DNA of 64,000 nucleotides, from positions 12,685 through 76,684 of IMG/VR virus record IMGVR_UViG_3300032083_003484; one strand, 5' to 3'. Shown here in pieces: positions 1 through 9,982 of the stretch. Every line of letters starts with the position of its first letter. Position 1 is the stretch's first letter. Both the position numbers and the translations under genes were made by a program. This DNA comes from a virus. The notes under the pieces were generated by a model. It was given only the letters and a program-made list of their open reading frames with translations. It was not told the DNA's origin and did no database searches.

Positions 1-3000
1 GGCGGTAGAACATACTCCTGTCCCTTTCTTGCTAGGCTGATATACTCATCTCTCACTGACGGTCTTTCACCGCCATTTCTAACAAAGAATCTAGCCAACT
101 GGAACTCTGCGTAGTTTATGGGGAATAATCTTTTTTCTCCTTCGACAATCGTATACGGAATGGCGACGATAGCTTCTTTTACGGTTCTTCGGTCAGCAAT
201 TTCACCTATTTTTACAGGCTCGTTCGTAAAGCCAAGCGCTTGTGCTAGTGAGCCGGTTGTGCTTGTTATTATCGGCTCGGTGATCTGCATTTTGATACCT
301 TGAGATCCGGTTGGAATCCGGCCGTGTTGATGCCACATTCCAACATAATAGTTGTCGGACACAGAGGAGTTATCATAAAAGCCGGAGCCAATGGTTTCGT
401 TAAAGCTGGTGAATCCATTACCAGTGTTACTGTATACAACATTCTCTAGCGCACCCGGCACTCGGGCTGACATGGTAAATGCATTGGAGTTAACCGAGCA
501 GGTAAAATTGTTGTTCAGCGTGGTTGCCTTTGAGTAGATGTCGCCGGCGCTAGAAGTTATGCATGCATGAAGGTTTTGCAAAAATTCGTTGGCGGACGAA
601 CCGGTTGCAACCCAGCCATTTGCGAAAACGTTGCCAGGCGACGGCGACGTGACGACTGTAAACGTAACGCCAATGTTGCCATCTGGCAGAGTTACCGTGT
701 CGCCTGGACTCAATTGGTTATAGTCAACTTCAAATGTCAGCTGTGCACTTGTATTAGTGACGTTCATAGAAGATGTTCTATGGCTGAAGTCCAATACTGG
801 CGTTTCCCACTTTGGTTGTATTGAGATTGCGTATTCTGGCGCTGATGGCACCGCACGAGAAGAATCTCCAACCCTTACTTTTCTTTTGAGTTGTATGGAG
901 TCTGTTATTTTGGTTCGGCCGTCAATTCCAAAAGAAGTACCTTCGGCAATACCAAGATCATCATAAATTGTAAATGATTCAGTAAGGTTGCTTAGTATGT
1001 AGTCAATTGAGTGAATCTCGGCAGTTGGTTTGAAGACTAGTTCTACACCTTCTTCCTGGGTTGTGCTTCCAATGTCATAAGGAGGCAAGAAAGGAAGATG
1101 AGAAACCGGTGTCCCATTTGTATTATTGGCATCATCAACAGCCGGACCGAAGGAGCGATCGCCGTTGTACATATCGACACCCTCCTCAAAGACTCTAACT
1201 TTCATCCTGTATTCATTGCCAGGGATAAAAGGCCCGAAATCATTTTCTCCGGATGATACCAAAGAAGAAACAGAGCGGTTAGCCAAAAACAGATTCATTG
1301 TTTCTGCTAAGAAGTTGTTTACAGCGTATGAGTATAATGGAGAGCCAGCACGACTTGAGTCATACGAGGCAGTGCTGTATAATACTGCTGATTCATCAGG
1401 CTCGGAATCAATAATCGTAGTGATGAAACTTAGTGGATCTGTCACCGACTCAAATGGCATTCTATAATTGAACGAGGCAGAGATTCTAGCGGAGAACCCA
1501 TCATAAACTGCAGTGGAGCCATTGCCTAAATAAGTTCCGGTACACTGTGTTAGAACGTCAAAACTTGATGTGAATATTGGATATCCGACTGAGATTCCTG
1601 ATTTGATACTGTTACAAAGAATACCCGGACTAAAGAATGGCGCCATGGCAGTTCTAAACGAACCACCAGCATTGACTCCATTGGTTCTTAATGGATGCCC
1701 GGTGCCGTTAGTTGTTATGACGTCACTAAAGGACTGGCTGAATAAAGTACCTAATTGCAGAACACGCTGCGCCGGATAGAACCCTTCATAAGGTAAGAAC
1801 TTTTTAATTGCTTTGCAGGAAAGCTTGAGAACGCCCTTATTTTCGATTTCGGCCGAATCGTGTTTATCTTTTATAACGCTAAAGTATTTTAGGAAGTCTG
1901 AATTTGTGTAATCAGTATAGAAAGCATTATTTGTGTCATCGACCAAGTACCCTCCGGTGATTGAAAGCATTGGAGACAAGATAGTTGACCGGCCCTCTTC
2001 TCCAGTTAGGATCTGATCTATTGTTTCGCTTATTCTAAATTCCGGAATGACGGAATAATCTTTTCCGGCGGCTTTTGCTTCTTGTACATAAGCATCATAA
2101 TCTTCATAGTAGAAAGGCTCTTTTCCTGCTTCCTCGGGAGCGGTCCATGGCGTGGCGCCTATTATTTGATGTGGAACGAATGCCTGAACATCCGGATATC
2201 CCGATCCAGTGTAGGAGTAGATTAGATTTTGAACGTTTATTGTAAACGGTCTAGAATAAAGTGTAGATGGCTTTACCTTGGATTCCATCAATACCTGATC
2301 AGCGGTGAGCTGTTCGAAGGGACTTGGTGGTATATCTGGAGACCGCAGGCTGGCGCTGGAAGCGAAAGCTAGCGCTGCATAGGAGAAACTGCAGTTGTTA
2401 TTTAACTCGCCGGCGCCAAAGATGTACTTATTGCTGTATTGATCTGTACTACTGGAAACAAAAGTCGTAAATAAATTTTGGGGTTGGTCAGTTGGATTCA
2501 ATACGCCGTCTAAAGCCCAAATAGACTGTGTTAGAACGTTATTCCCTAGGGAGTTATCAACATCATTTCTACTTCTTGTTGCTCTTCCAGAACTCCACCA
2601 ATTGATTGCAAACTGTGTTCTTTGTCGGTTTTCTTTTATAAATGTTCTTTCAGCTTTTGGCCAAATGTTTTGCTTGTATACAATATTTCTTAGTTGTGTT
2701 GAGGATCCTATGGCATAAGAATCAGAGATATAGTTGAAGCTTGTTTTTTTCTTTCTTCGGATCTCGCTTGTGCCGGCTATGGCATTGAGTTGTGGGTCTG
2801 ATAGCGGAAGATACTCAAGCTCGTTTCCGAATGAATACTGGAAGTTCGATACTTTGGTGCCGATCAGCAACTGCTGTTTCACAGGATAGTGCTCTACTAT
2901 CGGCGCCATTGAGATGTTTCTGACTAACTCTATCGGATTTGACTCGCCGGGGCCGGTTTGCCGAGAATCAAGATAACTAAATGATAAAGTGTTATTTTCT

Positions 3001-6000
3001 CTTAGTGATCTTGCTTGTCTTGTATCCCCGCCTCTTATTTGGCTAAATGAGTTGTTCCCAAAGATAGAGTTGTTTATTGCGTGTGTATAGACGTGGAAGT
3101 TGTCTATGCCAACATTTGGAGCAGTAAGTTCGTTTGTGATTTCTGTGGTTCCCTGGTCAACCATCGAGGCATAAAGAGAAGAGGTCAATACCGCACTAGT
3201 TGGTGTTGAGGAACCACTAAATAAACCAGTGAATGCTCTAAAGTCTATTGTGGTTCTTTCTATGGAACTAATCAACTCTGCAAACGGAATCGCTTCTGAG
3301 CTTGAGCCGCTAGCAACTGTTGCGTTTCTGGAGTACGAGAGTGATCCGCTGGATCCATTTAAAGCGTACGCAACCCAAGAGTAGTTAGCTGGAGTTCTTG
3401 GGATCTGGTGTGACACAAAAAAGTTGTCATAGTAAATTTTTGCTGGATATGTGTCGATAAACTCACTGATGGCATCAACTCCTCCGGCAAAACCTTCGAC
3501 GTCGATGTCAGCCGGCACACTAGTTGAAATTGCATAATTATTTGCGCCAAGGTGCGCTGGTTTAAATTCAAGTGTTATTTCGGCGCCCGATCCGAGGGCT
3601 TCCACATAGCCGCTAAGCACCGGGTGGGCGTTGATTTTAGATCTCGTGTTTGTGGCAGTGTCCCCCTTGGCCCCGCCAATTCCTATTTGTACGTTTGTCG
3701 TTGCCGTCGGCTTATAAGTGAAAGTGATAGAATTAGTCGCAGTGTACGGTATCGTTATAGTGTCATTGCCGGCCGGATTGTTAATTAACAACACGCTGCC
3801 GGAAGATGCAATTGCTGCCACAGCCGCCCTTTGCACTTCTGTTACGGCTTCTCTATAGTCTAATAGGTTTTCATAGACCTTCTGATAAGAGCCAGTCGTA
3901 TCATAATCCAATTCTCTTACGGCACCAAAAATTGAATCAACGCCGAACTTTCCTCTTTTTCTAGCCAGGAGTACTCTCAACCCGTCATTTTGTGTGTGAA
4001 TATTTGTGTAGATATTAACTCTTGGATCGGAGGATCCAGCGAAATCATTATTTCCGGATCCGCTTGATCTTAAGACTCCGGTGTTTCGAAATGGGTAAGC
4101 GTTATAAGGCGATAGCTCTTCGCCAGTGGGTTCAAAATAACCACGAGACTGGATCTCAGGCCCTCCAGGTGCAGAGAACCGGTTGACTATAACAGACTTA
4201 ACAACGTCTCTAGAGGGTAGTGTGGCATTCAAATAAGGCGAATCCGTTCCTCTGTTCAAGTTCCAGACTTCGGTCTCGGTTAAGATGTCTGCAAAGTTGT
4301 CGTGGAACCAAAGGTTATTTTTGGTCCTTCCGTTGGTCATAACAACTTCGTAATTAGATCTAAAGTTTCCTAGGCGTGAAGAAGCGGTTGAGTATTGCCT
4401 GTTTGCTATGTTTATAGGCCTTTTTGCTAGTTCATCACGGAACAAAGAAGCACGAGGTGTATCAGAGTCGGCTGTTCCGTCGGTGGTATAAGATGTTTTC
4501 GTGACTCTGATCTGTTTGTTTGAGCTTCCAGTAAGAGTTAGGTAGAAGCCTTCCGGACGTGTTCCAAATGCGTCTGAGCCGTTGTTTAGAGCGTTGTGGC
4601 GGTATTGCCTACCACCTACCCACCCTTCAGTAAATGGAGACTGTAGAGGGGCATTACGGAACTTTGAGTATGTATCGTCGTGTTGGTTGTTGATACCAAT
4701 GCTTGTTTTAAAGTTGCTTGATAAGTTGGCTTGGTATCCTGTATCAACAGAAGAACTCCACATTGTGTATGGTGGAAGTAAGTGGCCTTTACCGTAAGAA
4801 TATGACTCATTGGATTCTCTGTTATTCTGAACTTTAAAGTCCATTCTAACTTTTTTATTTGGATCCACAACATCATTGCAATCCTCAAGAGAAGCAACAT
4901 CATCGGCATAGGAAACAAGATAATCTTCAGATTCGCTGCCTACGATTGCTCCAAGTTCTTTTATTGCTGAATCCCAATAAGTTGCTTTTCTTGTGTCCTT
5001 TCCGGTATAAAAGTCATCAACCTTATAACTTTGTGGGGTTGTATAAGATCTATTTGCAGCTGAAAGTTTGACTAGCCTTATCTGTTCTCGGCCAGCATCA
5101 ACGTTAGAGTCTCCGGATGTGATAATGGGGTTTGAGCGCTCGACTCTAAGCTTCCACCACTCACAGTTTGTATCTTGAGCTTCTGGGATTGGAGCGTGGT
5201 TCAGTCTCCAATTAACAAGAAGGGCATCAAGACTTTCCGCTGAGTCTACCGGGTCTGGCTGGCGAAGTTCCAAAGTCGGGAACTTGGTTTGGTATTTGTT
5301 TCTTTCAAGAGCGTGCGATTCTATAACGTTAAATACATCTTCATTAAAGTTTGCTGTAGCAGGTATGAACTGCCCGACAAGTGCCTGGACTGCGCTGTCA
5401 ATCCATTTATAGAAGTGTAGGAAGTCCTCAACATCAACGTCGTTTGCAACGTTTTTAAAGAACCTCTCTCTTAGGAATCTTAGGTTTTTATATTCTTTTT
5501 TATAACGATCTGCCGGCTGAGCAAAGTTTGATGCTAGTTCCTTGACAGAACCAAACATTTTTAGCATTTCTTCATTGATGCCTGCTTGCGCACTTTTCTC
5601 TACTGTGCTTACATATGAAACAAAGCGTGAGTTTAGGCCGTACTTTTCGTCTTCTGTTGTCTTGATCTGAATCAAATTGTCAGAGTTGTAGCCATCAAAC
5701 TCTACAGGCGAGTAAGAGTCAATAAACAAGGTCTGAACAACATCTGTCGATGATACCGGGAACTCGTATGATGTGGCTGGATAGTGATACCCGGCTATTT
5801 CATTGACGAACGTTCCTCTTGATCTTCTCTCGGATGAACCAGAGGTTGAGTCTAATACCTCAATCAATCCGGACGCATCTGTTGTGGTGATTTTGTCAAA
5901 CTGCCAGTTAAGAGCAAGATAGTCAGTTGGCGCTAGATCTCCTTGTCTTACGGAACTAGTCAAAGAATAGGCATTGTCTAGCCTTGTCGAAGAACCATAG

Positions 6001-8561
6001 TTTAGGAAGTCTTGGGCGTGATCTTTCTGTTCGTCGGCTGTCAGGTTTCTAAGCCAAAATCTCAAGCCGGCGTTTCTAACATCTGAACTGTATACCGTTC
6101 CGGCAGTAAAGTTTGTTCGCTCTGCGCCTATGTAAGCCTTTTGGTTGGTCTGTAGGAATGAAAGTGCTGTTGCTCGACTTACTGATGAAGAAACAGCAAA
6201 TGACTCATTTAGATTATTTCCTGAGTATGAGTATCCGCTAAAGACTAGGTCATAATCAGGGGCTGACGAGGAAGGGAATAGAATGTTTTGCGGCTCCAAC
6301 TGGACCGAGAAGTACCAGTCGCTGTTGTTGTATACATTATAGAAATTAGAAGATGTTAGAGCGGTGACGCCCACTACAGAAGAGCTTAGCTCAAAGTATA
6401 CTTTTTCGGCAAGATAGTTATCCTTGACCGCTCTTACGAAAGCACTAGCAGAAGCCTGGGTTTTCCAAGTGTTGTATGGCGCTGACGTTTCATCAATGTC
6501 GTGAAAGCCGAAAAGAGAAGAAACTAAAAAGTTTGGTATAAGATCAGCGTTTGTATTTTCATTTATTTTTGGGAATCGAACAAAAGATTCTACACATAAT
6601 GCATTTTTATCCGATGAAGAACTTATGTACCCTAGTTCGTTTGAGGTTGAGCCAGTTTGGTAAACAACGGCATCTCTAAAGTTTTTCTTGGAAAAGTCAA
6701 TAAACCTTATACTTTGATTGTTGTAAGATTTTTCGTCTTCTAATACTAGCTTTTCGCTGTCTATGTAGGTCTTGGCAGAAACTAACTCTTCACCGACCCC
6801 CATAGTGTGGAGGATGTTTCGTATTGCTTCTCTTGTGCCTTTCTGCTTTACTAGATCCGCTAAGTTGTTATAAATGTTTTGATAAATAAGGTTCTTTAGA
6901 TCGAACAGATCTGATTCTAAAGCATCTCCTGATGTCTTTTGAGAAAGATCTTCTAATACTGTTCTCTCGACAAAGAAGTCGGGTGCTATCATTCCTCTTT
7001 CGGTCAAGAGGCGTTCCGCAAAAGGATTTGGCTTATCGTCTAGTGCGTCAGTTTGTGAAGAGTATTCTATGTCCTTTAGTTCTCTAAGAGACTGAACTTG
7101 TAGTTGAGCCGTGTCAAAATAACTTGCAGCTGCTTGTGCTAGTTGGAGCAGTTTCTCTCCACTTTCTAAGTCTTCATCAATAATCCAATCAGGGAATGAA
7201 TAGTAAATGTTTGATGAGTTATTTAGATCGTGGCGCTTTCCTTTCTCTAGGGAATCATTATAATAAGTGGTATAAAGAGCGTTTGTGGTTCTTAGGATTG
7301 GATCTTTAAACTCTTTCTCGGCGGCAGAGGCTGAAACAATCGCTGAACCTATGTTGCGTGAGTTGGAGGTGTAACCGGTCCAAGAGCCATTAGAAATACG
7401 CCCTGAATAGTCTAGGACAGTTGCGTCTGTTGTGGTGTCCCCTGTTATTCCTTCGTTAAACTTAAAATAAACGCCCAGATCTGTGTTTGCATCGTCTGTG
7501 TTGGTGCCTCCATAGACGTTTGTATACCAGTTTCTTTCTATGTCTCGCTCAGTTCTGGTAGTTTTCCAGTATCTAAACTCGTCAATTGAGCCTGATAGCT
7601 TGCCAGAGCCGGTTGTTGCGGTAGATCCAGAAGGGTTTGTTATAAGTGCGCCAACAAAAGCGTTTAGTGTACCAGAAACATTTCCAAAGTCTGTTCCATA
7701 GGCCGCAGAGGAGTCTAATTCACCGTTCTTATAGAGCTTTATGGTGCTTTTTGATGTTGCAAAAGCAAAGTGGGTCCATTCTTGAGAGATAAACGAGGCG
7801 GTTGTTGTATAATCCCCAAGTAGAACCTCTTGTCTATTGGATCCAGAGTGTATAATGGCCCTGAAGGCCTTAGATGAAGCAAAATTGCCGGCACTTGAGG
7901 TGTTTAGTTCGATTCTAAACCGACCATAATCACCAGAGCTGCTTAGTTCGTTGTTCCAAAGGTCAAACACAACCTCTCGGGCTGTTGACCCAGGAACAAA
8001 CTCGTCTTTTTTGAGCCAGAACTCAACCGTGGCGCCTTTTGTGTCTAGGTTTAGCGCTAAGTTTGAGTTTCTTTGTTTAGACGGGTCATATATGTTGCCG
8101 CCGGCGTATGTGTTACCGGGACCTGCGTTTGGGCCGCCCTTGATAGAAATGTATTCCAAGGTTGCCGGAAGGCCATATCCATCCACTGTTGATGTTTGTG
8201 TTCCCCAACCATTTGCTGCGAAGATACCATAGCCATTAGACCTGGGATATTCATTCTCAAAGACATATAAGTCAAAGTAAGTTGAGTCATTATACCATTC
8301 GGTCAACTCTTTTTTAGAGCCATCATAAGGATAGTTGTTGATAACTCTTGACGTAGCATCTTTATAATACTGTTCGGCAAGACCGTAAAAAGCAAAGTTT
8401 TCCGGCTTAGAAAAGTCAACGTTGGGGATAAACCTTGTTCTTTGCTTTTCTAACTCATCAAGATACTCAAACGACTCAAAGTCTATTCCTTCCTTGTTTT
8501 CTAGGTCGGTTAATGAGTTATTCGAAAAAGAATTGTTTTCAAAATACTTTTTTATTGTCAT
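1..8561 (-). CDS. Giant virion structural protein (>2850 aa, baseplate/tail, LamG-like segment); 3' end runs off the window
   Basis: ATG at 8561 overlaps the TAA of the upstream gene (TAATG). It reads MTIKKYFENN...RFIPNVDFSKPENFAFYGLAEQYY...YPYDGS. The same frame is open at the window start (...ARKGQEYVLP), and no stop-terminated ORF in this frame is in the track. LamG-like 'GSIDEFRYWK' near 7560-7590. Lies in the baseplate operon. Confidence 0.8.
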   Translation of the reverse strand, partial: MTIKKYFENNSFSNNSLTDLENKEGIDFESFEYLDELEKQRTRFIPNVDFSKPENFAFYGLAEQYYKDATSRVINNYPYDGSKKELTEWYNDSTYFDLYVFENEYPRSNGYGIFAANGWGTQTSTVDGYGLPATLEYISIKGGPNAGPGNTYAGGNIYDPSKQRNSNLALNLDTKGATVEFWLKKDEFVPGSTAREVVFDLWNNELSSSGDYGRFRIELNTSSAGNFASSKAFRAIIHSGSNRQEVLLGDYTTTASFISQEWTHFAFATSKSTIKLYKNGELDSSAAYGTDFGNVSGTLNAFVGALITNPSGSTATTGSGKLSGSIDEFRYWKTTRTERDIERNWYTNVYGGTNTDDANTDLGVYFKFNEGITGDTTTDATVLDYSGRISNGSWTGYTSNSRNIGSAIVSASAAEKEFKDPILRTTNALYTTYYNDSLEKGKRHDLNNSSNIYYSFPDWIIDEDLESGEKLLQLAQAAASYFDTAQLQVQSLRELKDIEYSSQTDALDDKPNPFAERLLTERGMIAPDFFVERTVLEDLSQKTSGDALESDLFDLKNLIYQNIYNNLADLVKQKGTREAIRNILHTMGVGEELVSAKTYIDSEKLVLEDEKSYNNQSIRFIDFSKKNFRDAVVYQTGSTSNELGYISSSSDKNALCVESFVRFPKINENTNADLIPNFLVSSLFGFHDIDETSAPYNTWKTQASASAFVRAVKDNYLAEKVYFELSSSVVGVTALTSSNFYNVYNNSDWYFSVQLEPQNILFPSSSAPDYDLVFSGYSYSGNNLNESFAVSSSVSRATALSFLQTNQKAYIGAERTNFTAGTVYSSDVRNAGLRFWLRNLTADEQKDHAQDFLNYGSSTRLDNAYSLTSSVRQGDLAPTDYLALNWQFDKITTTDASGLIEVLDSTSGSSERRSRGTFVNEIAGYHYPATSYEFPVSSTDVVQTLFIDSYSPVEFDGYNSDNLIQIKTTEDEKYGLNSRFVSYVSTVEKSAQAGINEEMLKMFGSVKELASNFAQPADRYKKEYKNLRFLRERFFKNVANDVDVEDFLHFYKWIDSAVQALVGQFIPATANFNEDVFNVIESHALERNKYQTKFPTLELRQPDPVDSAESLDALLVNWRLNHAPIPEAQDTNCEWWKLRVERSNPIITSGDSNVDAGREQIRLVKLSAANRSYTTPQSYKVDDFYTGKDTRKATYWDSAIKELGAIVGSESEDYLVSYADDVASLEDCNDVVDPNKKVRMDFKVQNNRESNESYSYGKGHLLPPYTMWSSSVDTGYQANLSSNFKTSIGINNQHDDTYSKFRNAPLQSPFTEGWVGGRQYRHNALNNGSDAFGTRPEGFYLTLTGSSNKQIRVTKTSYTTDGTADSDTPRASLFRDELAKRPINIANRQYSTASSRLGNFRSNYEVVMTNGRTKNNLWFHDNFADILTETEVWNLNRGTDSPYLNATLPSRDVVKSVIVNRFSAPGGPEIQSRGYFEPTGEELSPYNAYPFRNTGVLRSSGSGNNDFAGSSDPRVNIYTNIHTQNDGLRVLLARKRGKFGVDSIFGAVRELDYDTTGSYQKVYENLLDYREAVTEVQRAAVAAIASSGSVLLINNPAGNDTITIPYTATNSITFTYKPTATTNVQIGIGGAKGDTATNTRSKINAHPVLSGYVEALGSGAEITLEFKPAHLGANNYAISTSVPADIDVEGFAGGVDAISEFIDTYPAKIYYDNFFVSHQIPRTPANYSWVAYALNGSSGSLSYSRNATVASGSSSEAIPFAELISSIERTTIDFRAFTGLFSGSSTPTSAVLTSSLYASMVDQGTTEITNELTAPNVGIDNFHVYTHAINNSIFGNNSFSQIRGGDTRQARSLRENNTLSFSYLDSRQTGPGESNPIELVRNISMAPIVEHYPVKQQLLIGTKVSNFQYSFGNELEYLPLSDPQLNAIAGTSEIRRKKKTSFNYISDSYAIGSSTQLRNIVYKQNIWPKAERTFIKENRQRTQFAINWWSSGRATRSRNDVDNSLGNNVLTQSIWALDGVLNPTDQPQNLFTTFVSSSTDQYSNKYIFGAGELNNNCSFSYAALAFASSASLRSPDIPPSPFEQLTADQVLMESKVKPSTLYSRPFTINVQNLIYSYTGSGYPDVQAFVPHQIIGATPWTAPEEAGKEPFYYEDYDAYVQEAKAAGKDYSVIPEFRISETIDQILTGEEGRSTILSPMLSITGGYLVDDTNNAFYTDYTNSDFLKYFSVIKDKHDSAEIENKGVLKLSCKAIKKFLPYEGFYPAQRVLQLGTLFSQSFSDVITTNGTGHPLRTNGVNAGGSFRTAMAPFFSPGILCNSIKSGISVGYPIFTSSFDVLTQCTGTYLGNGSTAVYDGFSARISASFNYRMPFESVTDPLSFITTIIDSEPDESAVLYSTASYDSSRAGSPLYSYAVNNFLAETMNLFLANRSVSSLVSSGENDFGPFIPGNEYRMKVRVFEEGVDMYNGDRSFGPAVDDANNTNGTPVSHLPFLPPYDIGSTTQEEGVELVFKPTAEIHSIDYILSNLTESFTIYDDLGIAEGTSFGIDGRTKITDSIQLKRKVRVGDSSRAVPSAPEYAISIQPKWETPVLDFSHRTSSMNVTNTSAQLTFEVDYNQLSPGDTVTLPDGNIGVTFTVVTSPSPGNVFANGWVATGSSANEFLQNLHACITSSAGDIYSKATTLNNNFTCSVNSNAFTMSARVPGALENVVYSNTGNGFTSFNETIGSGFYDNSSVSDNYYVGMWHQHGRIPTGSQGIKMQITEPIITSTTGSLAQALGFTNEPVKIGEIADRRTVKEAIVAIPYTIVEGEKRLFPINYAEFQLARFFVRNGGERPSVRDEYISLARKGQEYVLP

Positions 8562-9982
8562 TATTCGTCTACTCTAAACTTAAAGCCAGTTGGGTATTCA
8601 TTATAAATAGTTCCTTCTTTAATAATGAACTTGAATTCATACAGGTACCCCGCTTCTAAGCTAGAGAAGTCAAAATCGAAATAAGAGCCTTGCTTATCGT
8701 AAGACAAAAGAGTGTGTTCTACTGAGCCTGTGCCATACTGAACAACATCAGTATTATCAACCTTTCTTACTACTTTATAGTAGATGTTGTCGACAAAATA
8801 GTTTTCTATTGCTGTGCTCGCCACCGTATAAACAGTTGGGGACCAGTTGCGTTTTCTAGTAAAGAGCCTTACCCTTGTGTCTATTCCTGTTCGACTATAA
8901 ATGTCTTGTAAATTTGTAATAGAAAGAATTAAAGGTTCTATTTTATTATCTTCTTGCGCATTATAAGTTTTTAGATCTATTGTGCCTGTGTGGAAACAAG
9001 TTGAGTAATCTGCGTTAAACCATCGATCATACACTGTTGATGAAGTTGTGTTCAGATCAAATGAGCAAGAGTAAAGACCGGTATCAGCATAGCCGCCAGT
9101 CACTGGGTAGCTAACAGATACTGCTGAGTTTAGTTCTGTGCCACCTGACTCAGCATCAAAAATCTTTACATAAATCGGGCCGGTTCCTATTGCTGGAATG
9201 TTTTTTGCGATACCACGAAAGTTATTATAAAGATAAACAGTATGAAGATTTTCTGTTGATAGCATTGAGGATGAAACATAAAAGTCTCCTCTTTGGTCCT
9301 TCACAGAAGAGTCCCAGCGAGCTTCTATTGTTGGGCGTTTAAAGAAAAACTCCGATGATCTTGCAAAGAACTTTTTCGTGTAATAAGAGTCAGAGTCTGT
9401 TTCCAAAGAGCCTGAGAGTCTTACAATAACTCCATAATTTGCTACGGTACTATCAATCCAATCCTCTACAAGGTCTGAAATATCAACTGATAAATCCTCG
9501 GTTCCTTCTGTTAGGCGATAAGTTTTGTTGTAGATAGCTGAATCAAGAAAATCGCCACCTGCTGTTGTCCAGCCGGTAGTGGTGGAAGCAGAGACCCAGT
9601 TTGATACGCCTAGATCTTTGTATTCGTCCATATCCATTCCACGGCCTTCGTCCCACGATCTAGAAACTGCTTGGACTATTAGATCGACGTTTCTTGGTGT
9701 CGTGAATGGGGTTTTAGCATTGAATAAGTTGAGGTAAAATGAAACGGAACCAGAGGCAGGAATCTGACCGCTGGTCCTTGCTGTGTTTATTTCTGCGGTG
9801 TCAAACTCAAATAAGGCACGGCTTTGTTCTACTGACGAGGTTGTTATGTTGCCATAGAGCTTAAAGATCTCAACAGAATCTGCTAAGCCCATGTTAGAAC
9901 CGGTTGCCCTTGTTGTGCCACCAAACTTTGAGGCGTTTGTTATTGTATTATCTTTATTTGCAAAAAACTTTTTATAAGCCAT
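8561..9982 (-). CDS. Virion structural protein with DNRLRE/disaggregatase-like domain
   Basis: 473 aa; SRALFEFD...DISDLVEDW...NYGVIVR pattern; between baseplate genes. Confidence 0.55.
   Translation of the reverse strand: MAYKKFFANKDNTITNASKFGGTTRATGSNMGLADSVEIFKLYGNITTSSVEQSRALFEFDTAEINTARTSGQIPASGSVSFYLNLFNAKTPFTTPRNVDLIVQAVSRSWDEGRGMDMDEYKDLGVSNWVSASTTTGWTTAGGDFLDSAIYNKTYRLTEGTEDLSVDISDLVEDWIDSTVANYGVIVRLSGSLETDSDSYYTKKFFARSSEFFFKRPTIEARWDSSVKDQRGDFYVSSSMLSTENLHTVYLYNNFRGIAKNIPAIGTGPIYVKIFDAESGGTELNSAVSVSYPVTGGYADTGLYSCSFDLNTTSSTVYDRWFNADYSTCFHTGTIDLKTYNAQEDNKIEPLILSITNLQDIYSRTGIDTRVRLFTRKRNWSPTVYTVASTAIENYFVDNIYYKVVRKVDNTDVVQYGTGSVEHTLLSYDKQGSYFDFDFSSLEAGYLYEFKFIIKEGTIYNEYPTGFKFRVDE
8603..8612 (-). 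promoter_or_regulatory. Late-type promoter motif ACTATTTAT upstream of the giant ORF
   Basis: ATAAATAGTT on + strand about 40 nt upstream of the 8561 start; same motif precedes several other late genes. Confidence 0.5.

Noticed and set aside
118-8659. Short ORFs listed in the track across 1-8.6 kb
   Set aside because: They overlap the giant minus-strand structural gene and are shadow ORFs
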